Of a DNA stretch of 64,000 bases, positions 12,801-25,022 are shown piece by piece. Position 1 is the stretch's first letter. Every line of letters begins with the position of its first letter. The notes under the pieces were generated by a model that was given only the letters and a program-made list of their open reading frames with translations, did not search any database and was not told where the DNA came from. Source of the stretch: Hamiltosporidium tvaerminnensis FI-OER-3-3 (taxonomy: Eukaryota > Fungi > Microsporidia); contig CM061252.1 in the NCBI GenBank assembly GCA_022605425.2, forward strand, positions 682,001-746,000, written 5' to 3'. The translations under genes were made by a program, and so were the position numbers.

Positions 12801-14719
12801 AACACACTCGAATCGAAATCTTTCCAAGAGGTTTGATACGAGAAGGTGAGGTCTGAACGACTTATTGAGGAACTTATCAATAATTGAATCTTCTCGAAAA
12901 AGATGACCAATCAAATATAGCACTTGAGATGTATGTAAGAAAATTTCCCCAGAAAATACGCACTTTATTTGCAATAAGATTAAAATCTTGTTCCCTATTT
13001 AATCCAAGAAATATTTAGTAAAAATAAAAAGATTATAGGAGTGAGGACATCTTACTTAATTTGCAAATAACAAATCTTGATATGCACTTAGATGCAAACG
13101 TATAGAATCGCGCGTTAGTGATGAATGGGGATATTTTTCTGGCAATTGTATGCATAAAGCTGAAGAAATCCGGCATATGTGCCACAAATCGAGCATAAAT
13201 AATACTTATGTTTGTGATTTACAACGGGAAATAACCTGAATATAGATGATTTGAAAATATTTGTTGTAAAGAACCTTCTGATTGTTTTTCCGGAAAACTC
13301 ATTGTATATAAAGCAATCATGCAAGAAACCAAAACTAAAAACGGAGAATTATTCTTTATATAAGCGCCGAGGGCGGTGTAAATACTTTTGTTCTTTCGAT
13401 CATCTTTACCGATATACTATCCCGGAATTAAATTGCACTGGCAATAGCATCATCTGAAATTATGGCGACGTTTATAGAAGGTGATCTGACAGCCAATTTG
13501 GCACGAAAATTGCCATCTAATTTACAAACAAGTAGGACGACAAAATGCAATATAACTAAAAATTTTGAAATTAGCGAAGTTCTGAAAACATGTAAACATA
13601 TTGTATACAAACGCACAATGCCCTATTAAAAAGCGGTATAAGCGCTTATCGTACGCTGCAAGGTTTGCGAGGAAAATGCAACTTTGCTGGTGCACAGATT
13701 TTTGTGTTCGGTTATTTTCGTCAAACTTTGACTGTTTTTTTACTTCCGAGCCGGCTGATGAACTAAGTGCGTGTCTCAAAATTTCTGTCTTTTAGAAAAA
13801 ATGTAAAGAAGTTGTTTTATTAAACAAATATCGCCCTTCAAATACAAAATGATGAATAGACAAAAATGTTCGCGAAACATCAACTAGATATTGTGAATAA
13901 AAATTTAGCATGGGATAAATTCACACAATATATCATGTTTCAAAAAAAATTTGTTTTATCAACATCAAAAAAAATGAACTTATCAAAATTTTATTCCCTA
14001 ATATCACAGTAAATTACAAAAACCATTAGTTGATTGGTGAAAGTGCTATTTAGCTGCTACCTTCAATTATGTGCATCTCATTAATTTATATTCAAAATTT
14101 CGTACCAGACGAAGTCACGACATATATTTCTATTGATAACGACGTGGTCGATCAAGAAGAAGTTTTCAAGTTTCCAACCTAATTCTTAAATTCACTAGAT
14201 TTGCCTGGTGTTTATCTCAAGCTTATAAATTGAAATATAGAGTGCTTATCTTCTTTTTCGAAACATCAACTCGCAAAAACTGTGCAACGGTACGAGACAT
14301 TCGGTAACAAAATTTAGGCAGAATGTCATTTAAGCAACTATTTTTTATGGTAAATATAAAGAAGATGATATACTGTTACCACGCATTCCGATAGTTTCAA
14401 CAGACATGTCATATGAATTTTAACGTATATATTTTATGTGCTGCTTGTTTTGCGATGACAATAAACAAATCCCAGAGACTATCGCTGCAAATCTGCTGAA
14501 TATATTTAGAGAATCCGTGCTTCTCATATGGTCAAACCATGTGGCTATTTCGCGCGTAGAAATTCTTCTTGATTTAGTCGTATATATACCAGCAAAAAAA
14601 ATATTGTATATCCAAATGCTCTCAAATAAATGAATAAACACCGTTAAAATTTATATATTTAAATGCGTACTTTATATTTTTTCTTTTGAGATCGCTGTAA
14701 CGCGCGACGAGTAAGCTAG
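9888..14719 (+). mobile_element. Decayed full-length Helitron (Rep-PIF1 helicase pseudogene)
   Basis: 5' A/TC..TCTATCTATCTATAT start. ETP.MC..GGKVKLP-like zinc finger (~10660-10707). Rep motifs YSIxW.K....HAHIL (~11877-11925), MIHG (~12034) and KYVNKG (~12330-12347). Helicase motifs IASSxIxATxIEG (~13441-13485), KLCNGTR (~14277-14297) and PCFSxGQ (~14515-14535). 3' GC-rich hairpin-like tract, then CTAG/T at 14716-14720. Confidence 0.9.
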
Positions 14720-15354
14720 TATTCAATTAATTTTGATGAGGGTTTACTGTGAATAAAATTTGTTTAAAAAGTTCAGTATTAAAAAATCAATTCTATACTA
14801 TTGGACGCAAATTATAGAAATTTTCAGAAATATTGACCGTATCTTGTCTATAATCTTACACACTATCTTTTTGATTCCAGATATGCAAAGAAAGGCTATA
14901 GAAATTTTTAAATTTAAAAAAATATATGTAACAAAAACATAATGTTACTAATACGTATAAAAAATTACAAATTTTTGTCTTTTAATGTTTAAAACAGCTT
15001 TTTTTTACGTAAGAATACTTAATGGAAAAAACTAGCTTTCGGAGTCAAAAATTTGGAGATTTAAAGTTGCAGAATTAGCCACAAAGAAGTAAAAATGAAA
15101 TATGCTTGCATAAAATAGGTTAATATTTTTATAATAGAAATTTTAAAATATTATCTTTTGGTATCTTGAACGAGTTAATTTATTTTGTCCGGATTAATAG
15201 AAACGCGAGACTATTTATCCTATATAAACATACAATGCACTATAAAAACTCCAACAAAAAAATACGCCACAAAAAAATACTTTCATTAATTTATTAAAAT
15301 TTTGTTTAATCTTGATAAATCTGAAAAAATAATTATGTTCCAGACAATCCTAAC

Positions 15355-17195
15355 CGTCATCAGCTAATAAACCACCCTCGTTTCCAATGGAATACAGGTT
15401 GCTTCTCATTTTACTTCATTTATTTTCTATCGATTTTTTACTAACTGCTTTATTTTCTAATGATTTTATAAAATTCCAATATTTTAAGAATATTACATTT
15501 ATAGCTCATATATTTGAAAGAAGAAAGCGCTTATTGTTATAAATTTAATCCAGGGTTCAATGCAAAAAAATGCTTAGTGGTTTTTAATTTTAATATTCAA
15601 CCAAATAGCTCTTAAATTTTTGTCAGAATAAATAAAACCATTGAAGCTAATATTTAGCAAATAGGAATGCCTTATTATAATCGCCGGTAAACTACACACT
15701 TACGTATTCCATTCTTGTTTTACTTTTCAGTGTCGAGAATGATCAAATAGAAATTTTCTATTTGTTTCTTTCGATCTGTTGTACTTCGGGACTATAGGGG
15801 TACGACTTTACACGAAACCAAAACAAGGATCGAATACGTTTTATTAAACCTTTGTAAATCGTTCTTGTGTAGTCATCTTTATTTTTTACTTTGATCATGC
15901 TGATCATCAAAAAAGCGGTTACTTTCATCATCAAATTGTCGTAAAAGAGTCAAAGATGCTCTTTTTGTTTTTCTAGTACGTAGAAGTCTGTATTTTATCT
16001 AGAGTTTATGTTCAATAAAAAAAATCTTCCGTGAGTCTATTTGAATTGTTGCTCACGGCGATTTTTAAAATGCTTAGCAATATCCACAGAAATTTGCTAT
16101 TTTTTCATAGTCCTAAGCTATTTGGGTAGTTGTGGTGTTTCGGGTTTGGTAAATTCTTTGTGCCCATCTGAGACCTTCTATAGGCTCCACTATTTATGCT
16201 TTGAATTTTTTTAAGATGAATACTCCAAAATTTTCTCATTGAAAGCCCTATTATACGAGTTTCTTTTTCAAATATTATGCTTCTAGAGATTATATACTTA
16301 AAAGCTAGTTGTTCGAAGAAAGAGATGGATTACGATTTCTTTGTTGAATATTTATTGTTCTGTTATATGTATGATAAACACGTTAGTCTAGTCATTATAT
16401 ATTGTTGCGCCTGCTTCCTGCCAGTTGGCAAGCCGACTTTTTATCGTCTGATTTACACGTTCGACTTGGTTTTACATCTTTGGATTGCATGGTCTCTATT
16501 TATATCTCTGATTACACGTTTAGTTAACCACGCCTTGTGTAGGGCATTTATAAACTCTAATATGTTATCAGATTTTATTACCACTGAAACATCAAATTTG
16601 CTAAGTAAAATTCTAGCAAATCTTCACTTATTCCAAAAAATTATTAACAGCTCAGATACCAGAGATATTTTGTATGTCCTCGATTAAATTGAAAAGAAAA
16701 CGAAAGTAATTATTTGTATCACTAAATCCCCAGAATCTACACAATTCATCATAAAAAGATTATATTTTTGTTGATTTAGGGAATTAATATCTGTTGAAAT
16801 GTATTTAGAAAATTAAATCCGCTGTATACTCACAATCTTTAACATGCTCTTTTAGTTAGTCTCGAGAAATCTCATAGTGTTTTTGTTTAACAAATCTATG
16901 TATTATATTTACTTCTATATATGCAATACGGGCTCTGTTTCAATAATACGTTCAATCAAAGTCGTTTCAAATGTAAAAACGACTCGTATTAGATTATCCG
17001 CTCGTTAAAGGTAGATATAATTTCCTAGAAAAGTATAGTGATCTGCATTCTTTCTCAAAATGCCCTTTCCCCTTTAGAATACTCGGCTGAATACTGACCG
17101 TCTTTGGAATATGTATTGAAAATCTCCTTTTCTTGTCCTTTTTAGAACTTATAATCTTAGGCAGTGTGATTAATTCGAATTTTAAAAATATTAGA
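15355..17195 (-). mobile_element. Second decayed Ginger-like integrase transposon (3' terminus at 15355)
   Basis: 16440-17195 aligns with 1-760 (e.g. ATTTACACGTTCxACTTG; TTTAGAATACTCxGCT). The left end CGTCATCAGCTAATAAACCACCCTCGTTTCCAAT resembles the inward-read terminus at 1188. Confidence 0.7.
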
Positions 17196-17199
17196 GCCC

Positions 17200-18426
17200 T
17201 ATGCAGAAATCGATCTGAAGATTTTTAAAGTGAATGTAGAAGAGCCCGACCAACAACCTATAAAATATTTGATCTAAAAATGAGGCCGGGTAAGCGCTAT
17301 GAACACAATATCTCAACAAATCATCTTCTGTAGACTACAAGAAAGTATATGACAGCATTGATCGACAATTTTAATACAGAAAACTCAGCAATTTTAAACA
17401 TCTTATAAATAATATTACTTTAATTAAGATGACAATATTGCGAACAAAAGAAAGGTATTGTTAACAAGTGATATATCCTGTGATTTTATAATTAATTCTG
17501 GACTGATACGGCTTGATACTTTATCTTGCGTACTGTTACATCTAACACTAGAAGGAATAATCCGTAAGTTTTCAAAGAACATTGGTGGTGCAATATAATA
17601 AAATCACACAAAATATAGTATATGCAGAGGATCCGGTAATTTGGGAAGAAAACAAGAAGATATGAAATCGAATTTACTAATATTAGCAGCGGAATTAGAA
17701 AAATCTGGCCGAAAAATATGAAACCAAAACATATACTTTGGTGATTTCCTCTGTGCCAAATACATGTGTAACTCTTTAAAAATTAATTTTTGTACATTTG
17801 AAAGTGTATCGAGCTTCAAATATCTTGGGATCTCTTCTGAACGAAGATAATAAAAATGCTTTTATGATTAAAAAAAGAATAAATTCAGGTAACGAAACCA
17901 TACTTTGCTCTGAGGCGCTTACCGAAGGCAAATCCTTAAAATCGAAATAGGGAAAGGCAAATACATAGGACTATTATTAGAGCTATTGTACTGAACGCTC
18001 CGAAACACTGATTATGACAAAAAGAGACCAAGTCTTGTTAGACATATGAGAAGGAATGATATTTAGAAGAAAATATGGCCTAATATTTGAAAATAACAAT
18101 TGAAAATTAGAAAAAATCTAGAAATCCACGGGCTTTATGATGAAATGATTTGGGTCATCATTATGAAACATCGAAGACCTAGATGGCTAGAAACTAGAAG
18201 GAATGTCGATGTAAAGAGCTGTTGGTAAAATCCTTAAATCTGCACCTGAATGTAAGAGATGATTAGGGAGACAATGAAAAAGATGCCAATGGGATTGAAA
18301 ACGATCCAAGGAAACCCAATATATTGCAATGAAAAAACTCGATGCACAATAGAGAAAAATGGAGGAGAATCGTTAAGGAGGCCCGAGCTCTCCAAGAGCT
18401 GTAGCGCCGGGGATTTAGTTAGTTAT
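17200..18426 (+). mobile_element. 5'-truncated decayed RTE-clade non-LTR retrotransposon
   Basis: RT traces VDYKKVYDSIDR (~17329-17365), LSCVL..L.LE (~17520-17552) and FKYLG (~17815-17830). C-terminal WRRIVKEARALQEL* is followed by GCGCC and a (TTAG)n tail, typical of RTE 3' ends. Confidence 0.8.
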
Positions 18427-18599
18427 ATGTAGTTTTTAGTATGATAGAAACGGATTGAGCTTCGCTTATTGTCTTCATAACCTGTATTAAAATTTTTAAG
18501 ATTCAAAGGCTAAAAAAAACTCGAAAAATTAAATTTTTATTGTCATATTTAAATCCCTATAAGATGATTTTAAATTTATATTTATTTCTAAAATTTATT

Positions 18600-19177
18600 A
18601 AGTAGGAATCACTTCCCAAGATTCACTTCAAATAGTTGAGACTGAAAAACTTAGGAAGTATGACCTGCTAGCCAATGAGTTGGGTCTTATTTATAGGTGT
18701 AGTGTTGAGATAATCCCTTATGTGATGACCTGGGACGGTATTGTGACAAAATACCATAAATCTCATCTTAAAAGACTAGAAATACCTATGAATGTAGAGG
18801 CATACATTCAGGCTATAGTACTTAAGAAAACAGTCGAAACAATTTCCTTTGATCGACGAAGAGGATTTGAGTCAGGACTAAATGCCGAAGAGAGCTGGGA
18901 GAGAGCGTCAATGGGTGTTATTATGAGATCAGAGATGCAGGAGGAACCAACACCCCCTTTAAAAGAAGAGAAGAGAGAGGAAGATAGTGCAAAAATTTTT
19001 AAACCGAAAAATAAAGCACCCTTTATTTCACAAGGAGAAACCACTTTAGAGGAACCGACCAATAACATAAATAAAGAGTCGGATTTGGAAGAAGAGACAA
19101 AAGTGGTTAAAGAGGTAGAAGAAAACATATAAAAATGGTAAAAATATTTTAACCCAGAATTTTATTAAATAAAGTAA
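18600..19177 (+). mobile_element. 5'-truncated R4/Dong-like REL retrotransposon copy, 13-bp TSD
   Basis: Matches the 3' part of 59750-63524 and ends AACCCAGAATTTTATTAAATAAA. TSD TCTAAAATTTATT at 18587-18599 and 19178-19190. Confidence 0.92.
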
Positions 19178-20305
19178 TCTAAAATTTATTTAATATTTTT
19201 TTATTTCATCAAAATTAAATAAATTTCGGTTCGTAAACGAATATTCACTATATTATGCTCTTAATTTGATATTATTAATTGTAATTTCATAGAACATGAC
19301 TATATTATCATAATCAATATTTTCAAGCTATCGTATTGAAAAAATATAAAATAGTCGAAGTCTTCAAAAAAATCTACTAAGCGTATATAAGTCTTTAAAA
19401 AGAATAATCGATAATGTTTCAAAGATTTCTTATAAATTCATTATTAGCAATTATTGTCCGAAACATTATTATTTCAGATTTATCAAGATTAAACAAAATT
19501 TTAATAAATTAAGGAAAGTATTTTTTGTGGCGTATTTTTTTTAGAGTTTCTATAGTTCTTTGAATGTTGATATAGGACAAATTTGGTCGCGTTTCTGTAG
19601 ATCCGGGCAAAATAAATCCACTCTATCAAAATAGCAAAATATAATATTTTTGATTTTTTAATAAAAATGTTTCCCTATGTAAAGCCTCCAGAAGTAATTT
19701 TCACTTTTTTTCTGAAAATTCTGATTCTATTTATCTCTTAATTTTTTGATTCCTGAAGCTTGCTTTTGTCCTTAAGTATTCTTACCTAGTTAGAATCCGA
19801 TTCAAAACAAAAAAAAAATAAATATCGACGTTTTTATCTGTATTGGGCATAATATGTTTTTGCAGCATATATTTTTTTTAAAAGTTTAAAATCTCTATGC
19901 CTATTTTTCAATGCTCGGCACGAAAAATATAGCTTACAGATCATAGACAAGATACGATCAATATACCTTAAGAATTATATTTTTTTGGCACAATAGTATT
20001 AATTTTCTTTGTATTATTAAACATTGTAAAAATTTTTTATTTATTGAAGACCCGAACAAATTAATTTTTAATTTAATGTTAGAAATTATTCTTTAATTTA
20101 CTATAAAAGATTTATGTTGCAAAACACATAAAAAAATTGTAAAAAAAATCTAAAATTGAGAAAATATTATCGTGAACTGATTAAAACATATTTTGATAAA
20201 AAAATAATATTAATATTTAATCAACCAGCAAAATATTTTTTATCCGTATGTTTCATTAAAATTTAATTAATTCTTTAATATATAAACCATCTAAATTGTA
20301 AGTCC

Positions 20306-22294
20306 ATGTTTATGAAATATTTCTATATATTATGCAAATTAAATATAATATATTCCTCGAGATACATAAACACCGAATGTTATAATTCCTTGAAAAAAGA
20401 AAGTTCCCAAGCGAATTATGATTTAAATACAAATATATTTGAAAACAATAAAGAATGTTTAAATGAAGCAAATGATACCGAACACTTCTGCAATTCCTGT
20501 CCGATTTTAGATGTTACACAACAAATTAGAACTGCTGATAACGAATCTGATGCCCAATATGAGATAAAGAAAGAGATTTTATCTGAATCCTTTTCGAATA
20601 GTGAAGAAAAATATCTGGAAGGAAATGCCAAAGATTTTCATAATTTAGGAAACAAAGTCCAAAAAAACAAGAAACAAATGCTTCGTTATCATCCTTATAA
20701 AAAGAGAAGTATTTCTGTAGATTTATCAAGAAATTATTCATCTGAGACAGATACTCATTTTTATTGTAACAAAGTGGAAAAACAAAGAACATCAGACATC
20801 GACAAGCATCAAGCCGGTTTAGAATTTCGGAATGATACCTCGGATGAACATTATAATTCTACTGAGCAGCGAAAAACGCCAGACTTTTTTTTAAAATCCG
20901 AAGTAGTTGATCCGTTATACATTGACTCTGATTCCGATACTAAAAGTTTTCTTGAATCATCCAGTACTATTGATATTTCAAAAATAGCTAAACTCAAACT
21001 AGAAATCGCAACAGAAAGCTTGGAACATAAATTGGATTTACTAAAAAAACAATATCAAGAAAAAATAATAAATACAAAAGGAAAATCATATGCCGTTCTT
21101 AATGAATCACGAAAAGAGTTATTTTCTTCGGACATACAAACTTTTATATCAGGCGACTTTTATATTGATGCTAACTATTTACAAAAAGATCCTACTCCAT
21201 TTTTCGATTTGATAGATTCAGTGGCTGGAAAAGAAGAAAATTTTTGGCATAAATCTGGGAATCCTGGCATACTTCGAAATACAGGCGAAAATATGTTAGA
21301 ATGTGTTGAGAAAATTAATTTATGTAATGATGATTCTCCTATTTTTACTTATTATCCTGGTTTAATACATATAAAACACTTTATTAAAAATATAATTCTC
21401 AATGATATAAATTTGGTGAAAAACTCTTGTTTATGGATTTTTCTGCTTAAATTTGTACAATCACTTAGTATGTTTCCATTAAAGAACAAAAATCTGAATC
21501 CTATATCATCCGGGAAAAATTGTTGCCTACAATACAATGAATATGATGCATACAACGGAGATAAATATATTTTTACTTTGATAAGAAGTCAATATGAATT
21601 ATTTGATACAATGGCTAGACATATTTTTAAAAAAACAGAAATTTTTCCTGGATCTACTCATATGCTTGATTTTATAAATAAAAGTCTCTATTTTAACAAT
21701 AAAGACATCCATATTTCACTTGGTAAGCATATAGGATATATTAGAGTCATAACAGATTGTATACTTAGAATGAGTCCAAACACCATATCAATTTTTATTT
21801 TGCAGATGGAAAAGCAAAAGCTTATCAATTTAAACGGCGGAGAATTTCGTTCTGAGATTTCTACATTTTTCTGGAATATTTCTCACGAGGCAAATATTTT
21901 GAACGATGAATCAATTGTAGACTTTCAAATAATCTATAAGAGAATTGTTTTAGCCTATATTGATTTTTTCAAGCATGAAGCTTTACAAGTTGAATTTTCG
22001 AAAAGTAAAAATGCTAGGTATTCAGAGCATATAAATTTCACTCTTTTTAATTTATTTAAACCCTATTGTATTGAAAAGCTTCTAATTAATGAATTGAATT
22101 TTAAATTCTGGATGCAAACTGCTGAAGCGTTATGTGTTCTATTCAATTTTTTCTTAAAATGTGAATTGAATCCCCAAGCTTATACGGATTCTTATGGGAT
22201 ACAAGCTTTCGTAGAATGCAATAAGAGACTTAAATTTATTCAATCGTTTCTTATTTACCAATATAATTCAAAAATGAATTTTAAACGAAAATAA
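20306..22294 (+). CDS. Orphan 662-aa protein, putatively secreted, paralog B
   Basis: Intact ORF, same length as and colinear with 7705-9693. Confidence 0.9.
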   Translation: MFMKYFYILCKLNIIYSSRYINTECYNSLKKESSQANYDLNTNIFENNKECLNEANDTEHFCNSCPILDVTQQIRTADNESDAQYEIKKEILSESFSNSEEKYLEGNAKDFHNLGNKVQKNKKQMLRYHPYKKRSISVDLSRNYSSETDTHFYCNKVEKQRTSDIDKHQAGLEFRNDTSDEHYNSTEQRKTPDFFLKSEVVDPLYIDSDSDTKSFLESSSTIDISKIAKLKLEIATESLEHKLDLLKKQYQEKIINTKGKSYAVLNESRKELFSSDIQTFISGDFYIDANYLQKDPTPFFDLIDSVAGKEENFWHKSGNPGILRNTGENMLECVEKINLCNDDSPIFTYYPGLIHIKHFIKNIILNDINLVKNSCLWIFLLKFVQSLSMFPLKNKNLNPISSGKNCCLQYNEYDAYNGDKYIFTLIRSQYELFDTMARHIFKKTEIFPGSTHMLDFINKSLYFNNKDIHISLGKHIGYIRVITDCILRMSPNTISIFILQMEKQKLINLNGGEFRSEISTFFWNISHEANILNDESIVDFQIIYKRIVLAYIDFFKHEALQVEFSKSKNARYSEHINFTLFNLFKPYCIEKLLINELNFKFWMQTAEALCVLFNFFLKCELNPQAYTDSYGIQAFVECNKRLKFIQSFLIYQYNSKMNFKRK

Positions 22295-25022
22295 GTTTAA
22301 TTATATAGGAAAAATTAAAGTTTTTGAAATCATTCAAACAAATTATATTTAAATAAATTTTTCTTCTTTCGCCTTTTCGAATTTTACAGTTTTTTTGTGT
22401 TATAATATTTTAAAAACGATCAATATTGTGTTTTTATGATAATTTACGATATGTATTAACAAATTTAGGTTGTTTTTTTGCTTTCATCCCAAGTAAGATA
22501 TATGGCAGTAGAAACAATTTTTAGTTATATTTTGAAGCTAGTATGTTTCTAAGACTCTTTTTTATTTTAAATCACAGTTTAAATCCAATATAGATTTCCG
22601 GGGATAGGTTTAACCTAGTTTATCAACTGGTATTTAGCTTAGATAAACTAGACTATAGTATTGAATTGATAATATTCGGAACCATGATAATTATATTATA
22701 ATTGAATTTAATTTCTTCTAGTTTTTTTAGCTTATAATAGTCTGTGCTATTTCAGCGAATTTTTTGCAAATTTTTAGTTGTAATGTTAAGAATAAGTGTA
22801 TATCTTGACTTATGAAAATACAAAACCGAAATTTTTGAAATGCAACGGGCAATTTGATGAATTTTTTTGGTTTTAAATAAAAGCATCATATTAAAGGGAA
22901 TAAGTAAGAAAAATATGTAGGCTAATGTAAATTCATATATTTGTTTTAAAAAATGACAAATCTAAGAATATTAATTTGTTGTAGCAGCTTTCAAGTTAGA
23001 AAAATTCAACTTTGATAGTTTTTTTACGAAATTTGCAGGTTTCCAATTTGGGTTCACATTTGCATTAACATCGACTATAACTCTTACACTCTGTCTTGGA
23101 GGATATTCTTGCACATTTTCTTAAGGAAAATATGCCCCGTGGAATGTTTAATAAGAATCAACTTTTAATTACATATTTTAAATTTCTCTCTCGCGTAAAG
23201 CTGATTTGGGATTCATGTTTGTACCAAATTCATAAAAAGGAGCATTTTTTATATCCCGAACAAATGTCATAAGGTCCCTTGCATCTGTATGGCTTCTGTC
23301 TTCATATGAGACTTTAATTGTGGCTGAGTAATCGTCGTTGACGAAAAATCGATTTGAATTAGATATTTTAATCGTTTTCGGTTTGTTTTGGAATTTCTTG
23401 ATAAAATTGTTCTAATATTTAATCTGTACGAATTTCTTTGTTTACACTTAAAATCACTGGGAAATCATCATAACCCTAATTTGCACATTTCTCATGATCA
23501 GTGACCGACAATTTCGAATGTTCATAAATTTTTCCTTCCCTTTCTCTGTTTGAAAATTAGAACATGATAGATAATAAAGCTGGGTATTAGCTATAACCAT
23601 CAATAGACAATATTTACACCTTCTTGTTTTTGCTTGTGTTATGCTAACTTGTTTATATAGCGGCAAAGTTTCTTTAAAAGATTGTAAACTCTTCTGATCT
23701 ATTGATATTACCTTTAAGTCTCATTCGGATTTTATTTAGGCAGAACTCTATAAGAAAAAAACTTTTTAAACCTCTTTTAACTTCGTTTTAAATGTTACCT
23801 AATATGAAATGAATCGATACGCTATTATGAGCCAGGTTTTACATTATCTGAATAAAAAATCGGCTTTCTGATCATTTTCTGACGTCATTAGCCCCAACCA
23901 GGTATAACGAATATTTATAACATCTTGAAGTCTACGTTCCACTTAGCTCCAATATTGAGGATGTCTAAGCTTTTTAGCACTATCTTCCACAGCAGCCACA
24001 TTCTACCCGATTCTAAAATAATGTTATTGGCTTTTTCTTTATCATTGTCACTTTGAAAAATAGAAAGTCTTCAAAAATGGTAAAACATACAAGACTAAAT
24101 GCACAACATCTACTGCACTTTCGGTTTCAAGAGATCTAATTTAAAAAAATAACAAACGAGCTTAGTACGCAAGTTTAAATTGCAACTGATCTTCAGATTG
24201 TGAATGCATGTCGAGAAAATTGATTTGTCATCTATTTTCATAGTTTTACTTAGTAAAGATTTCACAACCAAGTTTATTTTTGATGCATTGTGTTTCTTTT
24301 GTATGGCAATATATAAATTTAGATAGTCTAGTATTATTCTTCTTATGATATTTTTACATTTTGAATTCATATATTTTTCCATATTTCAGAGAAAACCGAT
24401 GTCCAAATTCAGCATATGCATCATAAAAAATAAATTTCTCCTCTTGAGTGGCATAAAACCTACTATGATTTAAATTTTTTCTACAGGAATATCGTTTTTT
24501 TCTTCGCTCCAAAAGTTATAACATCAAGCCTATATAAAAGCTGTAAGCTTCGGTTTTTTTACAACTTTGAATCCGGATGTTTTACCCTTTTTATTAGGCT
24601 CAAGTATTGTTTTTTGTAAGAATTTATGTGTTTTACTTTTAGATGGGCACAGTTCATTTACCTTTCTTTCAAAATATGCTTTGTATAACTTAGTCGATTT
24701 ATTTAGGTTATCGTATTTCCTGTTTTAGAAAAATTCTATAAAAATTAAAAGCAGGAAATATTCTTTAAATTGTTAAAGCTCGGGATTATATAAGCTGAAA
24801 TAACAAGTGGCTATTGCCAAACTCATGTCAATTTGTTATTCTGACGCAATAAATTGTATCCGTAATTTTATGATAATACAGTTAAATCTATGATATTCTT
24901 TTATTTTTAAATTTATCAAATTGCTTATTGACCTTGGCCATTTTTTAACTAGACATTAGCATATATGTATAAAATTCTTTCATTATTTAAAATGTAAATA
25001 TTAAGTTTATAGACCCACGCAA

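Larger units (their letters stand above)
7165..22835. repeat. Inverted segmental duplication: left arm ~7165-9889 plus 14720-15348, right arm ~19455-22835
   Basis: Reverse-complement matches across the CDS, 3' flanks (GCTGAAATAGCACAGA ~7245 vs ~22741), promoters (9694-9889 vs 20109-20305) and inner flanks (AATACGCCACAAAAAA ~15261 vs ~19520; CGTATCTTGTCTAT ~14838 vs ~19943). Confidence 0.9.

Noticed and set aside
13755-13761. CTGATGA hammerhead-like core
   Set aside because: It lies inside decayed Helitron helicase coding sequence, with no flanking stems or matching GAAA arrangement.
16277-16687. 136-aa plus-strand ORF and other short ORFs in 10-18 kb and 27-31 kb
   Set aside because: Antisense or off-frame readings of decayed transposon sequence.
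20298-20305. GTAAGT just before the paralog B start as a 5' splice site
   Set aside because: It lies upstream of the ATG, paralog A has GTAAGA, and the ORF needs no splicing.
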